A DNA stretch of 64,000 nucleotides. It comes from Enoplolaimus lenunculus (taxonomy: Eukaryota). The position numbers were made by a program, and so were the translations under genes. Below the pieces are notes generated by a model. It was given only the letters and a program-made list of their open reading frames with translations, was not told the origin of the DNA and did not search any database. Where the stretch lies: contig JASANG010002574.1 of NCBI GenBank assembly GCA_030248215.1, positions 248,001 to 312,000 on the forward strand, written 5' to 3'. Within the stretch, counting starts at the first letter, position 1, and each line of letters starts with the position of its first letter. Positions 26,105 to 41,400 of this stretch are shown one piece after another.

Positions 26105-29100
26105 CTTCCACGTAAATCTGGCAGACTTATTACTCCTATAAAACTTGCGCAGTAGTGTATACAAGGCACGGGCCAGGGATAGAAAAGATATATTTTCGAA
26201 ATTTCTGGAGACAGAGACTAAAGATGAACAACATTAACCAGCGTCCACGAATAACCAGGATGATCCCAGAGGTCCACAAATTTTGTTTCTGCATCACTGT
26301 TTAAGCATCCGACCCGTGGTGAAATCATGGCTACGCGACTAAAAGTTTGCTACAGTAAACAATACAAAAGCAATACACAGACAATCAAACAGTAGCGGCA
26401 TTGTTTTTGTTTAAGAACCCAGGACGCCGTGGTTCAAGGCAAACGAACCACTGGATCAGGTTTGACCGACTGGTTAACAAAACATCCAAGCGGTGAAAAG
26501 TGTTTGAAAAATAGAGCTACGCATTTTATTAGTTTTGTCAGTTTTAGGAAGGAACCGGGATTTCTGACCTTTTTCACTAAGCCGCTGGAATAGCGGGCCT
26601 ACAGAACGGTGATGGAATTGGCGGTCTTAGGATTCCGTGGCAAGCGGTTTCCTGCTGCGCCACATAGCCCGCCTCTTCGACTACCTTTATCGTCGACTAT
26701 ACGTGTCGACCGTACGCTGCCGGCAAACATAAACATACGTACAATCCAGGTCAAGCATATCTCACATTACAAGCTTGTTTTTAGTCAAAAGAATTGAGTA
26801 TTTTTTGAGATTTTTTTAATTTTGTTTCAATCTTTTGTAAGTGTTAAATTAGCAAAAAATAGGTTTCTTAAACTCTGAAAGCGCTAACCAGACAACAGTT
26901 TCTGGTTACCAACATTTGTTGTGGCTCCGGCTCAAGCTGTGTTCTCAACTGAAAGTTTGTTACTGAAAATATGTAAGTTTCGTTCTTTTTCAATATAACT
27001 TCTTACAAAATAGCTTCAGAAAGCAATGTATTGTTGCCGCTAGCGGATCCAGAGGACGGCGGGGCGGATGGAGCGTATGCCACCCCGTCAGAATTTTTTT
27101 GGAGATAAAATAGAATTAAGATCCGTGTTAATTTCCCATCTCAAAAAATTGGCACAAATATTGCACACATAGTAAAAATTTTCATTGTATAACTTTTGCC
27201 ACACCCACCCGACCATCCATAAGAAATTTCTGGATTCGCCGGCGGTTGTTGCGTCCATTGCCCGTTGCTCGGCCGGTGTCCTTAGAAATAACCCAATTCT
27301 CACACTGAAGTTCGGCGTATTTATTGTTGCATCTATGAATTAATAATTTTAAAATTTTACAAAATTTAGAAGATAATTTAAAAAAAAATAAAATAAAACT
27401 ACCGTCTGTATATCAAATTGCGCAAATAAACCGTTTTTATGATTTGAAACCTAAACCCAATTTGTAAACAGTATTCAGAGCAGCGGCCAGTGTAAGCTTT
27501 TCTCATGCAATATTAGCAATAGTGGCTTGTTTAATCGTTTTTGGTGATTTAGCAAACAAGTACAAATTTTGAATTTCATTATAATTAAAATTCATATATT
27601 TTCGATGAAATCACTGATTTGAGCAGGTGATAGTTACTCTTCAAAAGTTTAAACTAACTTGATTTAAGTTTAAACTAATCCAGCATCCATTAAACTAATT
27701 TTGTCGATTAACTGAACTAACCAGTAATTTATACTTAAACACATTTAAAATGGTTTATATATTTAGTTTAAACTAAACTTAATGAATTCTCAGATACACA
27801 TAATTTCTCGGCTGCACTTGTTACTTCAACCAGAAATAAGTTTAACTTAAACTCTTCTTAAACTTAAAAATATGTTAGTCTAAGTTAAACTTGTAATTCT
27901 AGTTTAGTTAGTTCGTACAGCCATTTCAGTATTACTTAAACTAATATTTAGGTTCGTTAAGCTAAAACGTAACTTTAAGTTTTTAGAGAGTAGAGTCACT
28001 ATCGGATCCAGATGGAGGCGTACGCCCCGAGTCAGAATTTTTTGTGTTAAAATGGTAAGGTCCCTCCCTACTTTACAGTTTTCCCCCAGAAATTGTTTTT
28101 GTAAAAAACACAATTTTTCCCGCAGAAATTTTTTGTGATAAAATGATAACGTACCTCTCAATTTTTGCGTTTCATAACATTGGCCAGCCCGCCCCCCGTC
28201 ACAAATTTTTGGATCCGCCGCTGAGTAGAGTTGCAATTTATGAGTAATTATTGCGTTGAAGGTAGCTCAAAGTTCCTATGGCCAATGTAATTCTTTGAAG
28301 AAAAACAGCCAGTTTTGAGTGAGTACAACGCGCAGAAATGTAATGATTTGTGTTGTTAAGTGATATTTAAAACAACAACGGTGCGTTTGCACTGTTCATG
28401 TTAATTATTTTAATGCCTGCGTCACCGTGCGTCACAATGCGGTGTCGTACATGACTAATTAGTGTACCATACCGCATCGTGACACGCGGTGACGAAAGTG
28501 ACGGACGGCACAAAACGGATGACGGACGGCACCATACGGATGATGGACGGCACCATACGGATGACGGACGGCGCCAAACGGATGATGGACGGCACCATAC
28601 GGATGACGGACGGCGCCATACGGATGACGGACGGCACCATACGGATGACGGACGGCGCCATACGGATGACGGACGGCGCCATACGGATGACGGACGGCGC
28701 CATACGGATGACGGACGTCGTCGCTCGGGTGACGGATGGACGCCATACGACAAGTACAGTGCATTCCTAAACCAGTCATTTGTAACAGTCCTCATAAGTA
28801 TAACAAGTCTAACTAAAAATACGAAACCAAAATAGTAATTTTAAACCAAATTTTACGTAATATATACAGGAAGTAAGCTTAACATAATTCAAAACATTGG
28901 CACACGTAAAGATCAGGGGCGGAACCGTTTTTCTGAGACTACAAAAGAGTAAGCTTAAGTTTTAGACTAATTTTTATCGCTTGGCTTAGGTTTTGGCTTC
29001 GGCTTAGGAATATGCTCATTCTTCCGCTTAAACTTAGGCTTGGGCCTAGGCTTAGGCTTAGGAATACCCTTATAATACTGTATCCGCGCGTGTTCTTTGC

Positions 29101-32100
29101 ATTGGCTAAAACATTTAAGAAGCTTAGGGTACTTTGCGCAAATTAGAACCGACAAACTAATAGGATTTGCTGGAAATACTTGGTAAACAAACAACAACTG
29201 GATCCAAAATAGCACTGCCATTACTTAAGAACGCTTTAAAATAGAAGCGAAATGTTTTTAAAGGACCCTCCCGGCCGACCACTTTTAATCCGAAATTTCA
29301 TCGACTCGACAATTTGTTGGCCATCTTTGTGCCTCAGCTTTAAGCTTACAAATATGATTATGCTTAAGCTTATTCATAGGCTTTTTAGGACACTGTTGGG
29401 CGACAAAGTTGTCGTGCGACCGAATTGTCGCAGATCCGGTTTAGACTGCGTTGGTTTGTAAACCTAAATGCCAATGTGAAAAGTGTACAATGGTCCTATA
29501 AAACATTGAAATTGTAAGCTTTGTGTTTACCAACTCTGATTTCTGATCCGCTGTTTATATCTCAGTTGAAACCAGGTTTGTGTATTATCAGCGACAAGAT
29601 TCATTGAACTTATAAACACTAGAATTGAAATAAACAAAAAATAACAGCTGTTTTAATTTCCTGTCACATGATTTCGAAATTTTGAAATAAATTCAAAAAA
29701 ATATATCTTTGCATGCAACTCAGAACGTCACCGTCGCATTCGTCCAAATAAAATAAATGCTAAAAACAGCAGAGCCCGTATTCTCAAATGTGTGTAGCAC
29801 CTATCACCAGTTGACGATAGTTACTATAACTTTGAAACCAGCGCATGGCCGAGGTACGAAATTCAGCACATTGTTCACGTTTGATATGCCCTACTTCTGT
29901 GCCAATGTTGAGATGTGCAATTGCAGATGTTCGTCAATTTGAAAACATATCGCTAACTGATGATAGGTGCTATATGCATTTGAGAATATGGGCCCAGAAA
30001 TTTTGCGTTGAGGTAGACTCAACACGTGGCAGGGGTTGTAAAAAAAGTAGTGGTTCAACGAGTGGCACAAACCACTCGTTGAGGTAGCGTCAACGGAAAA
30101 TGTTCATTCAGATAGAGTCAACGACCATTCGTTAACCCTACGCTTGGACACATTTTGTGGCCAGGCCGAATAACTAATGTTGTGTATATTTGTAGTGAAA
30201 ATTAATACACCAACGCAGTACATCGACATTTCAAACTAAAATTTTGAAATTTATAAAAATTCAAAAATTTTAAAATTGTGTTCAAGACAGAGTTTGATTT
30301 AAAATTATCCCCTACAGGTCATACATTTTGTCGCCCGGAACTCGCTTAGGGTAAACATCATTCGTATTAACATTTTAAAATATATTTGTTATAATTAATA
30401 GTTTGGGTCGTGTTTATTTTGTGTACGGCCAACCCGCTGGGAATATCTCAGTCTGTTACCGGTCCGCAACCGAGTCACTTTGATAACGGGGCTTAACATT
30501 TATCAAAAGGGATATACAAAGGTTATCGATGACTTACAAGCAAGGTTGAAAATTTCCGATCGAAGACCATAATTCTTCCAGCGGCGTTAACCTGTTTGTT
30601 CCGTTTGGTTGCAGACCCGGTTTATTAGGTTTCCAACCGCTTTATCTTTGCAGGACGTTCGAGTAAGCAAATTTTCATAATATTCGAATATTTCAAATTT
30701 GCAATATAAGACTTTTAATCGTATACCTATCCGCTTTCAAACACGTCAGCTACATACACATATTTTAAGAATTAAAAAATTAATAATTACTCAAAATGAA
30801 ATATTTTCAAAATTTTACACAGACTTCGACCGAATAGTCAAAGTAACACTCAAATTAGCTTAAACTGTTAAGCCCAAATACTTGCAACCGAACCAGTTCG
30901 GCACTGCACTGCATCGACCACGAAATTTTGACAGCTGGCCATAGTTTGGCCACCAACATCTTTCAGCTAAACTTAAAAACATTTTTTTAAAATTAACCCT
31001 TTCTCACATGAATATTTTCTATTTCCCCTGAGACCTACTTTTATGCTAGGATTCGAACTCGGGTGACTGGCGTGGGAGGCGTATACCATCACCACTCAGC
31101 TATAGGAGCTTGACGCTCGAGCCCGAGGGGGCTCTCACGTCTTGTGGTGATTTAGTACAATGTATACGTGTTGCAATGGTTAAACATGGTGCGATATATA
31201 TTATTTACCGTATATACGCAGCGCTGAGAGTTGCCTATAGGCAACTCAATGTGACAAGGGGTGAATATTAATTTTTTCAAAGTCCATCTAGAAAAAATTC
31301 ACCGCGCCGTTCAAAAAACACTCTTCATAAAACTTAAATTTGAAACAAAACGTCCCGATATGCGTCGCATTGTTGAATCGGGTTTTTACCAAAAATAATC
31401 CTCAATAACTTTTTCTGGCATTTGAAAACGAAACCTGAACCAAAAACGAGCATTGACGCTGTCGGGTTTTTTTCTCGCAACAGCTACAAATTAACCATTT
31501 CCACCGCCTACCGAGAAGATATATATACAGTGTGCAATTTAAGCCAGTTTTCGTCAACACAAGTTCGTGTGTTGTCTCAATAAAGAACCAATTTCAATAA
31601 AATCAGTTTTTCTAGTTGTTTTTTGCTTTAGTTTTTTGTCGCTTTTTGAATATATATATCGACAAAAGCGACCCCCCAACGCGCCCAATTGGGGCCCGAC
31701 CCCTGAGACCCTTTTTGGCAGACTAAGTTTTTTTTCGTGGACCACAAAGTTATAAGTCTGTGAAACATTTTATTAGAGGGCCACCTTGGACCTGTACGGG
31801 AGGGGGGCGAATATCCTAACGCCAGCGCGACCTTTCTGCGCTTTCACTAATGATTCCACACTCGCTGGCCGAATCTGAAACAACATCTTTATCATATAAA
31901 AACAACATTAATTTAAATTTGAAGTTAAAACATTGTGTTCAATTCAGGAATGTAGCCAGCTCACCAAGCTAAGGTGAGCTAAAATATCTTTCAGAAGGAG
32001 CATAAAAGGGTTTTCGTTGACTTACAAGCTACATTAAAAATTTTCGGGGGTCAAAATTTTTCCAGGGCGACGAGAGCCCTTTTGGCCCCTCTTAGCTATA

Positions 32101-35100
32101 CAGGTCCGGTCCAACACGAACACGCCGTGGCGACAATTTAAACAAGACAATTTCTTACACAACAGCATTATTCAAACAATATTTAAGCTTAAGCCATTTG
32201 ACAGAAAATAAATTAGAATGTCAAACCATGATAAATTGCACAACGAAAAAAACATTCATTCGACTACTATTGTGTAACTTTACAGTTTATCAATTTAAAT
32301 TGACGTTCAAACACCCCTGCTTGAGTATACTCACTCCACGGGGCGTCGCAAACAGACCTCTGCCCCCCTTGTGCAACAAAGATCAAAATTTTACGTTAAG
32401 ATTTCATATCAAAACTAACATTTTATGTTACGATTTCGTACTAAAATTGCGTTTGGCTTGCAGCGTCGCTCGCAAGTTCTGTAGATTGCGCAACTTCTCC
32501 GACAGAAATTTCAGGGTCGTATAATAAACCAAACTATGGCAAATAACTGCTGGCCTAATTTGAATCGTGGTTAACATAATTTAGTTTGGTGCTCGCAATG
32601 AAACCTATTGTTAATTAAGCAGAACAAAACGAAAACCAAAACCTGACTGAAATCTGAATAAATATTATAGATCATCATATTGACTACGATTGCATAAACT
32701 ATATAAACTATAAAATGGTACAGGTTGTTTAATGTATAAAAGGTAAACGGACGGCAAACAATTCCACTCTACATATAGTAGAAAGCCGGTTTTGCGCTAT
32801 GCACGAAAAAGTTAGCGAACACACAACAATCTGCATGTAAAATTTCTTCGCGTGGAACAATCACGTTTGTGCTGTAAGAAAATATTGTAAACAAAGTAAT
32901 GCTGGAAAGTTGCCCAAAATCCGTTTGCGCGGAATTGTAGCTTTGATAATAAGGTGTTTAGTTTAAATCCGTTGTGTGTAACAGATCAGGTATCACGACA
33001 TTTTCGTCGCCCGATAACTCGTCCACCGACTACTTTAATCCGAAATTTTATCAACTCGCTGATTCGTCACCCATCATTATGCTTAGGCTTAGGCTAAAGA
33101 TTGCGTTTTGGACAAGTTTTCGAGCGACGATTTGTCGTATTTTCCGCGGATGGCTAAGAAACTTTAAACCAGCACAGTTCTGGCAAACAAAGTCGGTAAA
33201 TTCTATAAAAAATACCAACAAACCTTTGATGTTTTCCGCCAAACTACGAACTGCAAACTATTCGGCTCCTTTGATTACAGAAAAATATACAGTTTGATAC
33301 TCAAAAAGCGACAAACTATTTTATTTTTTGAATTCTGGTACAATATCTTAGCCTAATTTCTGGTATTTTAATCAGTTGAATGTTAGCTGGATTGCACAGA
33401 CATGACTTAAGTTGAACTTTGACTTTCAAGTGAAATAACACTTAAGGTTTGCAGCTTTAACTTAACTGCGAGTTTTTCAGTAAGCATATCTGATAATCGA
33501 AACAGTTGAATTTGGCGATGCAATAAACTAAATAACTCGAATGAGTCCTTCCGGCTGTCACCGGAAATAGTATGTTGACCTGTCCGGTAACGACTCGAAT
33601 AAGAACGGGATAATAAGAGAAGTGTCTACATTTTGAATTTAATCAATAAATGTTCGTATTCCTAATAAGAGTTTGTTACTGGACAATCTTCATATGTCAT
33701 AATTCGAGCCTATAAACGAGACCAAAGCACAAGAATGAACTAAACTGTTCAAATATGTTAAAAATCACTCAGAAACTCGGCTTTATTAAATCCAAAAAAA
33801 GATTAACGAAATTAACAATTATTTTGAAGACTCAATTGTCAACATAATTTGAAGCAATTTTAATTTAATAAAAACATTCTAACGTAGTATCAAATTTAAT
33901 AACGTATTTTCAAATGCCAGCTGAGCCTTCGTAAAACACCTGAACATATATATTCAATACTCATGGCGACTGTAATAAAACTATTATATTGTGTTAAATT
34001 TCAAAACTATAAATAGCATTCAGTAAAAGAGCAGGGCCCGTAGCCAATGGGATGCCAGGGAGGGGCACACCCTTGGAAAAAAGTTTGCCCCCCCCCAGAA
34101 AGTTTTCAACCTTGCTTATAACTCAATGATAACCTTTGAATGCCCCTCCTGAAAAAAATTTAGCCCCTCTGGCAAGGCAAGCTGGCTACTCCCTAAAAAC
34201 TTAAACTTAAATTATAGCTTAACTAAACTTGAACATTAGTTTAAGTAAAACTCAAATGGCTTGACGGACTAACTAAACTAGAATTTGACGTTTCACTTTA
34301 AACTAGCATATTTTTTAAGTTTAATACGAGTTTAAGTTAAACTTATTTTTGCTTTAAAAATAACAAGTGCAGCCCAAAAACTATGTGTATCAAAGAGTTC
34401 ACTAAGTTTAGCTTAAGCTAAAACTGTGTAAGATTTTAAATTAGTTTACGCGTAATCCTACCCGTTAGTTCAGTTATTGTAGAAAGTTAGTTTAATTCTA
34501 CTGGCTTAGCTTAAACTTAAATCAAGTTAGTTTAAGCTTTTAGACAGTACGGGTCTGAAAACAACAAACGGTACCATCAATACTGACGAAGCTATGTAAA
34601 CGCAAGGACATTCAGCTGAACGCCTCTGTTCATACGAAATCGACTTTTTTACAGCTGAAACAGCTGCATTTAAGATTTTTTACAACTCGACATCGCAATT
34701 GTAACAGGTTGTGAAAACTACGTTAACGACTAATTATATAACGAAATAGCATCGAAATATGCTTAACATTAAAGCTACTACGATATAAACAGTGCCGGAG
34801 CAGGCGGCAGGGGTGAGGGCTTCCCCAAATACCAGGGTGGGGGCTCCCCCAAATTCCAGGGTGGGGGCTCCCCCAAATTCCAGGGTAAGGGCGCCAAACT
34901 CGCGAGCGCAGCGAGCGAGAAGTTAGACTCATTTTAAAACTTAAGCGGTTTTTGTTTCAACCGGTTTACAATGGGGGGGCCTTCAGGGGTGGGGGCCTTC
35001 CCAAATTGGGGTATGGGGGGAGTGGCTGATCCGGCTCTGAATATAAATGCATAATTTGCGATTCCAAATATTAATATTGCACAAATGCAATATTTTACGT

Positions 35101-35463
35101 ACGCAGTGGGTTGTAAAGTAATTAATGGTAACGTTTGAATTTGTCTCGGTAGCTGAAATTACTGGTCGATTGCGATTAGTGAAAACGTTGTCAAACGCAG
35201 CGATCGAGATGGGAAACGCAATTTTTAGGTCGTCAAAATGGTAATACAAAATTTTGGTTTTGACATTCGTGTTGCAATGAGGATAAAGGATCGTGGACGC
35301 TGTCGTCGGCCTTGGACTCCGTCCGCCAGTGATTTGTAACATTTGTATCGATGCATGCAGCTGCAATACGTTAATTAATGGATTACCGGTAAAATTGCGT
35401 TACACTTACCTTATGCAAGCTGGCTTGATCACGAATTTCAGTCACAGGTGCCATTAATTTTGA

Positions 35464-35496
<33 letters not shown>

Positions 35497-38400
35497 ATTG
35501 CAAAATTGAGTTACAAAAAATACAATTAATTATATTTTAAATATTACTGTAATAATTGTTAACTTAGCCTAGAAAATACAACAAAAAACGCTGTTCGTGT
35601 CATAGTGCAGGTGGTACTGATATCGTATATGGTTGCAATTTTTTGCAACGAATGATAAAAAGAACAAACGTCGAATTCGGCATAATTCGATTTACTGTAA
35701 CAGGCTTAGTATAACCAAGAGTCGACGATCACTCTTTATAACAAGAGTGTGCAACTGGGTACATGCTGTGTGTTAAAGAATGTACCCGGCACGCGTTGCA
35801 TTTTTGCCCGACCCCGCCCCCTTAATCAGAGGGGCGTTAATGTACCCAGTTGCACACTGTTGTTATTAAGAGTGATCATCAACTCTTGGTATAACTCAGA
35901 CATGTAAAGATCAGGAGCGGAACGGTTTTTTTCTGCGGGACTGCAATAGAATAAGCTTAAGCTTTGGACTATTTTTTTTGCTTAAGTTTTGGCATAGGCT
36001 TCGGTTTTGTAATAATACTGTTTTAATGCCCGTATACATCGGCCGTATATATTTTGGAAAATGCACTAACTTTACGTTTAGGGTTCATATTTCAATTTGT
36101 CAATAGCTGCTACAGATATTTAAATGCCAAGAAGTAGGAAACATTTTTTTAAATTTAACGATGAATTATAAATTATTAACAGCGGCGGATCCTGAAATTT
36201 CTGACGTGGAGGGCGGATGGCAAAAGATATGAAACGCAATTTTTACTGTATGCTATATATACTTATGTTCCACTTTTCCGAGGGTTACAATTGTAAGGTA
36301 GACTCCTTGCCGTTTAGCATAAAAAAAATTTTGACGGGTGGAAGTGCGGTTTATCTAAAATGATTGCACAATTTCAGAAATATATCTCAAATGCTAAATT
36401 ATTTTCTGCTTAAACTTCTTAAACCAATCAAAACCGTAAAAACGTCACAAAATATGCAATTTTTAATCGCATTCAATATGAACGATATATAAGTCTATTT
36501 TGATTGGTTCTTTGACCAGTGTTACACTTTACGGCTGTAACAATAGTATAAGCATATTCCTAAACCTAAGCCTAAACCTAAACAAAAAAATTAGTTTAAA
36601 GCTTTTAAGCCTACTTTGTTTTAATCCTGCGACACAAAATGGCACGCCCATCAAAGTAAAATTGGGCACGGCCTATGATGCATGTTTAAAAGACGCAAAA
36701 TGTCTGGGTATAGAAAAAATAAACACGAATTTGGTACAACTATTTGTATTAACTTTGTAAATGTTGAAAATGTACGAAATAAGAATAAGATCTGGCAAAA
36801 TTTATTTAGCCGTAAAATTAAATTGGAATCAAACTAAACTTAGGCAAAAAAAACAATTTGGCTAACCAACACCTGGCAATGTTGGGTTCGAAAAGCTCTA
36901 GCTTACGATTGATCAGCCAGGTTCTTTGGTTTCGCAGAGGACCGAAACATTTTATGGTACCTTAGGTATTTTTAAAGATTACTTATTAATGAAAATAGAC
37001 ATTTTTTCGAAGCCATTCGTTTGGCTAAAGCCCCCTTAAAATTGTTTTGGCTCACGGCATTGCATACGCTGTAGAGAATTATAACTAACCGCTGCCACCG
37101 CGTTGGATTTCGCTGCATACCAACTGGAAATTTGCTCAAAATACCAGCGTCTGATATAGAAACTTCTGACCGAGAGTGGCAGACAGACTGGTAAATGTAA
37201 TTAAACGCAATTTTTACTGTATGCTATACAAGTACCAATGAATTGAGGTAGAAATTTCAAGTTAGGGACCTTACTGTTTTATCACAAAAGGTCGATAGGA
37301 AAGGGTGTACGCCACCGCCCCGTCCCCTTGTGGATTCGCTAGCGCTCAGAATAAATTCAATTCAACTGTCCAATGGGAATCCATAAATATAAGTCAACGA
37401 AAAATATCTCAGTTGAATCACAAAATGATTTTGCATTGAAAATATCAAATGAACTTCGATGAGATTTTTTCAAACAATTCCCAGTGGAATTTTGTAAGCG
37501 CATCATGAAACTGGGACACACACATATTATTTGAGAAACTGGCACGGAGGGGGAGAGACCGGTTCGTCTGTAGAAAATTGTATTTGGGGGGCGGGGCACC
37601 GAATAATTTTTGAGGGACTCTGCAATTGCAATTCAAGGTGGTTTACTTTTAGACCGAGTCTATATTGGGGGCACTAGCCGTGGGTGTAGCCAGGATGTTT
37701 GTTTGGGGCGGGGGAACACAAATACTTTAAATATATAGTGTGTTAATCAATTTTCATTAATTAGCATGTACAGCAAGCTGCAAAACGGAACTGGATTATA
37801 CTGAAATCGGAATCAAAACTACAAATTTTGTGACAATGCGTATAATTTGTATTAACAAATAAATTTTTTCAACACCACTAAGGGACAATAGCCACCGTTG
37901 GCCCCCCTCGGCTACGCAATTAGCACTAATCAAATTTGGTGGAGGCACCCTGTGAGGACAACCCTGACGGTACAGGGGCTGAAGGTTCAAAGTGGCCAAC
38001 GATGGACGCCATGAAAAATTTGTACGTGCTCTATGACCCCCTTAAATGTCAAAAATTAGATTTTAAACTTCAAATGGCTATGTTTTGAAGACAAGTTGTT
38101 ATTCGGACCACGGCTATTGTTACTTTTGGACGTGTAACTGTAGATTAAGCATATCTGTATTCCTAAGACTAAGCGTAAAAACGCTGAAAAAGTAAAAACC
38201 TAAAGTCTAAGGCAAAGACTAAGCCTAAGCCAAAATATATAGTGTAAAATTTAATTCCTACTCTGTTACACTCGTGGCCGAAAACGGGACTGTTCCCTCC
38301 CTGCAGACCACAAACCACCACTCCTGGCAGAAGCGTTCTTCCTAAACCTTGCCCCCATGTTTATGTACCGATTATGTCACAATGTACGGTTGCATTGCTT

Positions 38401-41400
38401 ACCAAAATTATTACCCGTTTAGAAAATGCGATATTCTAAAATATCATTTAATGTTGCCTGAACAAACAGGTGCCTATGGATGACAGACTGTACAACTTGA
38501 AACCAGTTTTGTTCCTGCGAAATCAACAGGTTCGTAGCCAGTTCACCTTAGAAGGCTAAAAATTGCCAGGAAGAGCATACTTTCGATAACTTACAAGTAA
38601 AGTGAAACATTTTCTAGGGGGGGGCGAAAATTTTTCCACGGGGGCGCTGACCCCCCAACCGACCTGGCCCTCTGTAGCTACGGGCCCAGGCGACTTTACA
38701 CATTTATTTTTGTTGCGAAAAATCCTATAACCGTCTGGTTCAGCGTAACTACAACCGCAACTATTATCCTTACAGTTCACCTCAGAGTGGGTACAAAATT
38801 GCAGTTTTTTTACTTCAAATGCTACCAACAAACATGATTTTAAGCTAAAATTAAAAAAATAGCCAAACTTCTGTGCTCTGGAGCCGACAATTATAGTAAC
38901 AGCCGGATTCAGAAGGGCATTCATTAAGGTTCACGTGAACATGCGTTCGGTTCGCATTTATGAACTTTTTTTCGCTTCGCATTTATGAAAAATTTTTTCG
39001 CTTCGCATTTGTGAAAAAATTTATTACGAAATTGAAATAAGCTTTGATTGGGAAGGCATGGCTCCAGTGAAAGCGTCAAAGAATCGTTCCGTGGGTGCCA
39101 TCGATCTTCTCTCAGCCCCCTTTTAAGATTCGCATGTTCGTATCAAATTGAATTGAGCACTTGAAAGCTCAGATATACCAAACCATTGGTTTTCGATCAG
39201 GCCGATAGCCAATGGAGAGGCAGCAGGGCTCGGCCCATCTTAAAAAAATTTTAGCTACCTAGAAAATTTTCAACTTTGCTTGTAAGTCATCAAAAACCTT
39301 TGTATGCCCTTCCTGAAATATTTTTATCCACCACTAGCAACGTGAGTTAGTTACGGCCGTGTTTTGGACTTAATATCTTGGTTACGCCACAAACTCCATT
39401 AGATTTTGCAAGAGTATTAAATTTTTTTATTGGTTGCAAATGCCAGACACAGATGTCGCTTTAGTATTGTGCCTACCGAAACCTTATAATTATTGTATTA
39501 CGTTTTTTTAAACTCCGCCCATTTCATAGGCACAACCAGAATATCGGGTTTGCGGTATGCTGGTCAGGTTTTTGAGCAAAACATATAATAAAGGTGATAG
39601 TATGACATTTTTAAACAATAATTTAATTATATATTAATACTAGCATATAATTGAAACTTGCTTATAACCCCTACAAGAGAAGGGACAGTTTCACCCGTTT
39701 ACATATACCTGGCGGTGTCTTTGATTAATTAAGCTGCTTTCAACTAGGCCCATATTCTCAAATGCATATAGCACATATCATCAGTTAGCGATAGATTTTC
39801 AAAATGACGAACAACTACAATTACAAATCTCAAAATTGGTACAGAAGTAGGGCAAATCAAACACGAACAATGGTGCTGAGTGTCGACCGTCACCACACGT
39901 TTAGTTTCAAAGTTACAAGACCTATCGCCAACTGGTGATAGGTGCTGCACACATTTGAGAATACGGGCTCGAATTTGAGTCAAAACTACTAATGCTTAAC
40001 ACGGGTTACAATTTTAAGATGACCCAAATATTTCTGGTAAAATATTTTGCCAATTTTCGTAAAATCAACCTGTTCGAGAGAATCTACCAGCTTACAGGTT
40101 TCAAACAGTCGCTGGCAGTTTAACAAACTGGTTAACAGGGCTGCATAGATTCGAAACCAGTTTATTTGCATTGTAACCACTTTTCAGGTGCCTCGGCTAA
40201 TTCATAGAACACGACAGTAACAGTAGTATAAGCATATTCTGAAGCCTAAGCCTAAGCCTAAACGTAAGAATGAGCATATTCCTAAACCTAAGGCTAAGTT
40301 AAAAATTAGTTGAAAGCTTAAGCTTACCCTATTGTATTCCTGCAGAAAAACGTTTCGCCCCTGATCTTTGCATAAACCCAGCTGCCAAACATTTGACCAA
40401 ACCAGACTAAATACTGTGCGACACTAAATGCTTTAAAGGCATCGAGACAGACACGACAATTAAGTTAGCAAACCAGACGATTGGTGCCAAATATTACTGA
40501 ATAACACAAATACCCTGGGCCTCGACGAACCGAAGGTTATTTGACCAAAACCACGACAACATAGTCCACAGAAAATTATATTTGGGGGGCGCCGAATAAT
40601 TATGGGGGGACCACCCCCCCAATGCTTTCACGTGGGGACCCCCTTGCATATTGCACACACTTCAGTAATTCTTACGAATTCAAGGTTACGGCTGTGATTG
40701 GTAGGATACGGTGAATGATAATTAGGCTGGTAAATTTATCAATATCGTTTGAGTTGAAAGCGTTATTTATCTTCAATTGGTCGACGAAAATAACTAAATA
40801 GGGGACCATAGGTATGGTATGTTCAAAGGTACATATGACCTATCACCAGTTAGCAATAGATTTTCAAACAAGCGAACTACGGCGGCGACAAATGTCAAAC
40901 TCGGATCACAAGTCGAAACGACCAAATGCAAATGTGCTAAACTTTAAAGTTGTTTCGATTGGCTGGTTCGATATATCCTGTTAGAAACTGGTGATAGGTG
41001 CTATATGCATTTGAGAATATGGACGCTTGATTGTGGTGTCATTATTCCAGAATTGTCTAATACTAGTGACATATTTTTAACCGTTTAATGCAGGATTCAC
41101 GTTATAACCGGCGGGTCAGGCGGGACACGGTTTGCCCCATGTTGATTCGACATCATCGTTAAAATTCGGGCTCTTAAACATACACTTTAACTGTAAAATC
41201 GCATTTAGACAGGCATAAATTTTAGTAACTTCCGCATTAGGACTAAAGTAACAGTGGTAGCGTGAGGCATAATAAATTGCTTTTAATAGACACAGCCTAA
41301 GGGGTCCGTGTTAAAAAACGAACAACAATACGTCCCTCGCATATATAATTGAAAGCGTGAAGACAAAACGATAAGACCCTATCACCTGGACTGGACAATC

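Noticed and set aside
25571..26169. Poly-Cys/Val/Leu/Thr/Gln ORFs
   Set aside because: Artefacts of the (AAC)n microsatellite.
26330..26800. GC-richer unexplained segment, possible nested exon
   Set aside because: No convincing splice-bounded ORF or recognisable motif; left unannotated.
28367..28835. Five overlapping repeat ORFs (TDDGRRH, RRPSSVW and others)
   Set aside because: A 21-bp array is open in several frames by construction; no coding evidence.
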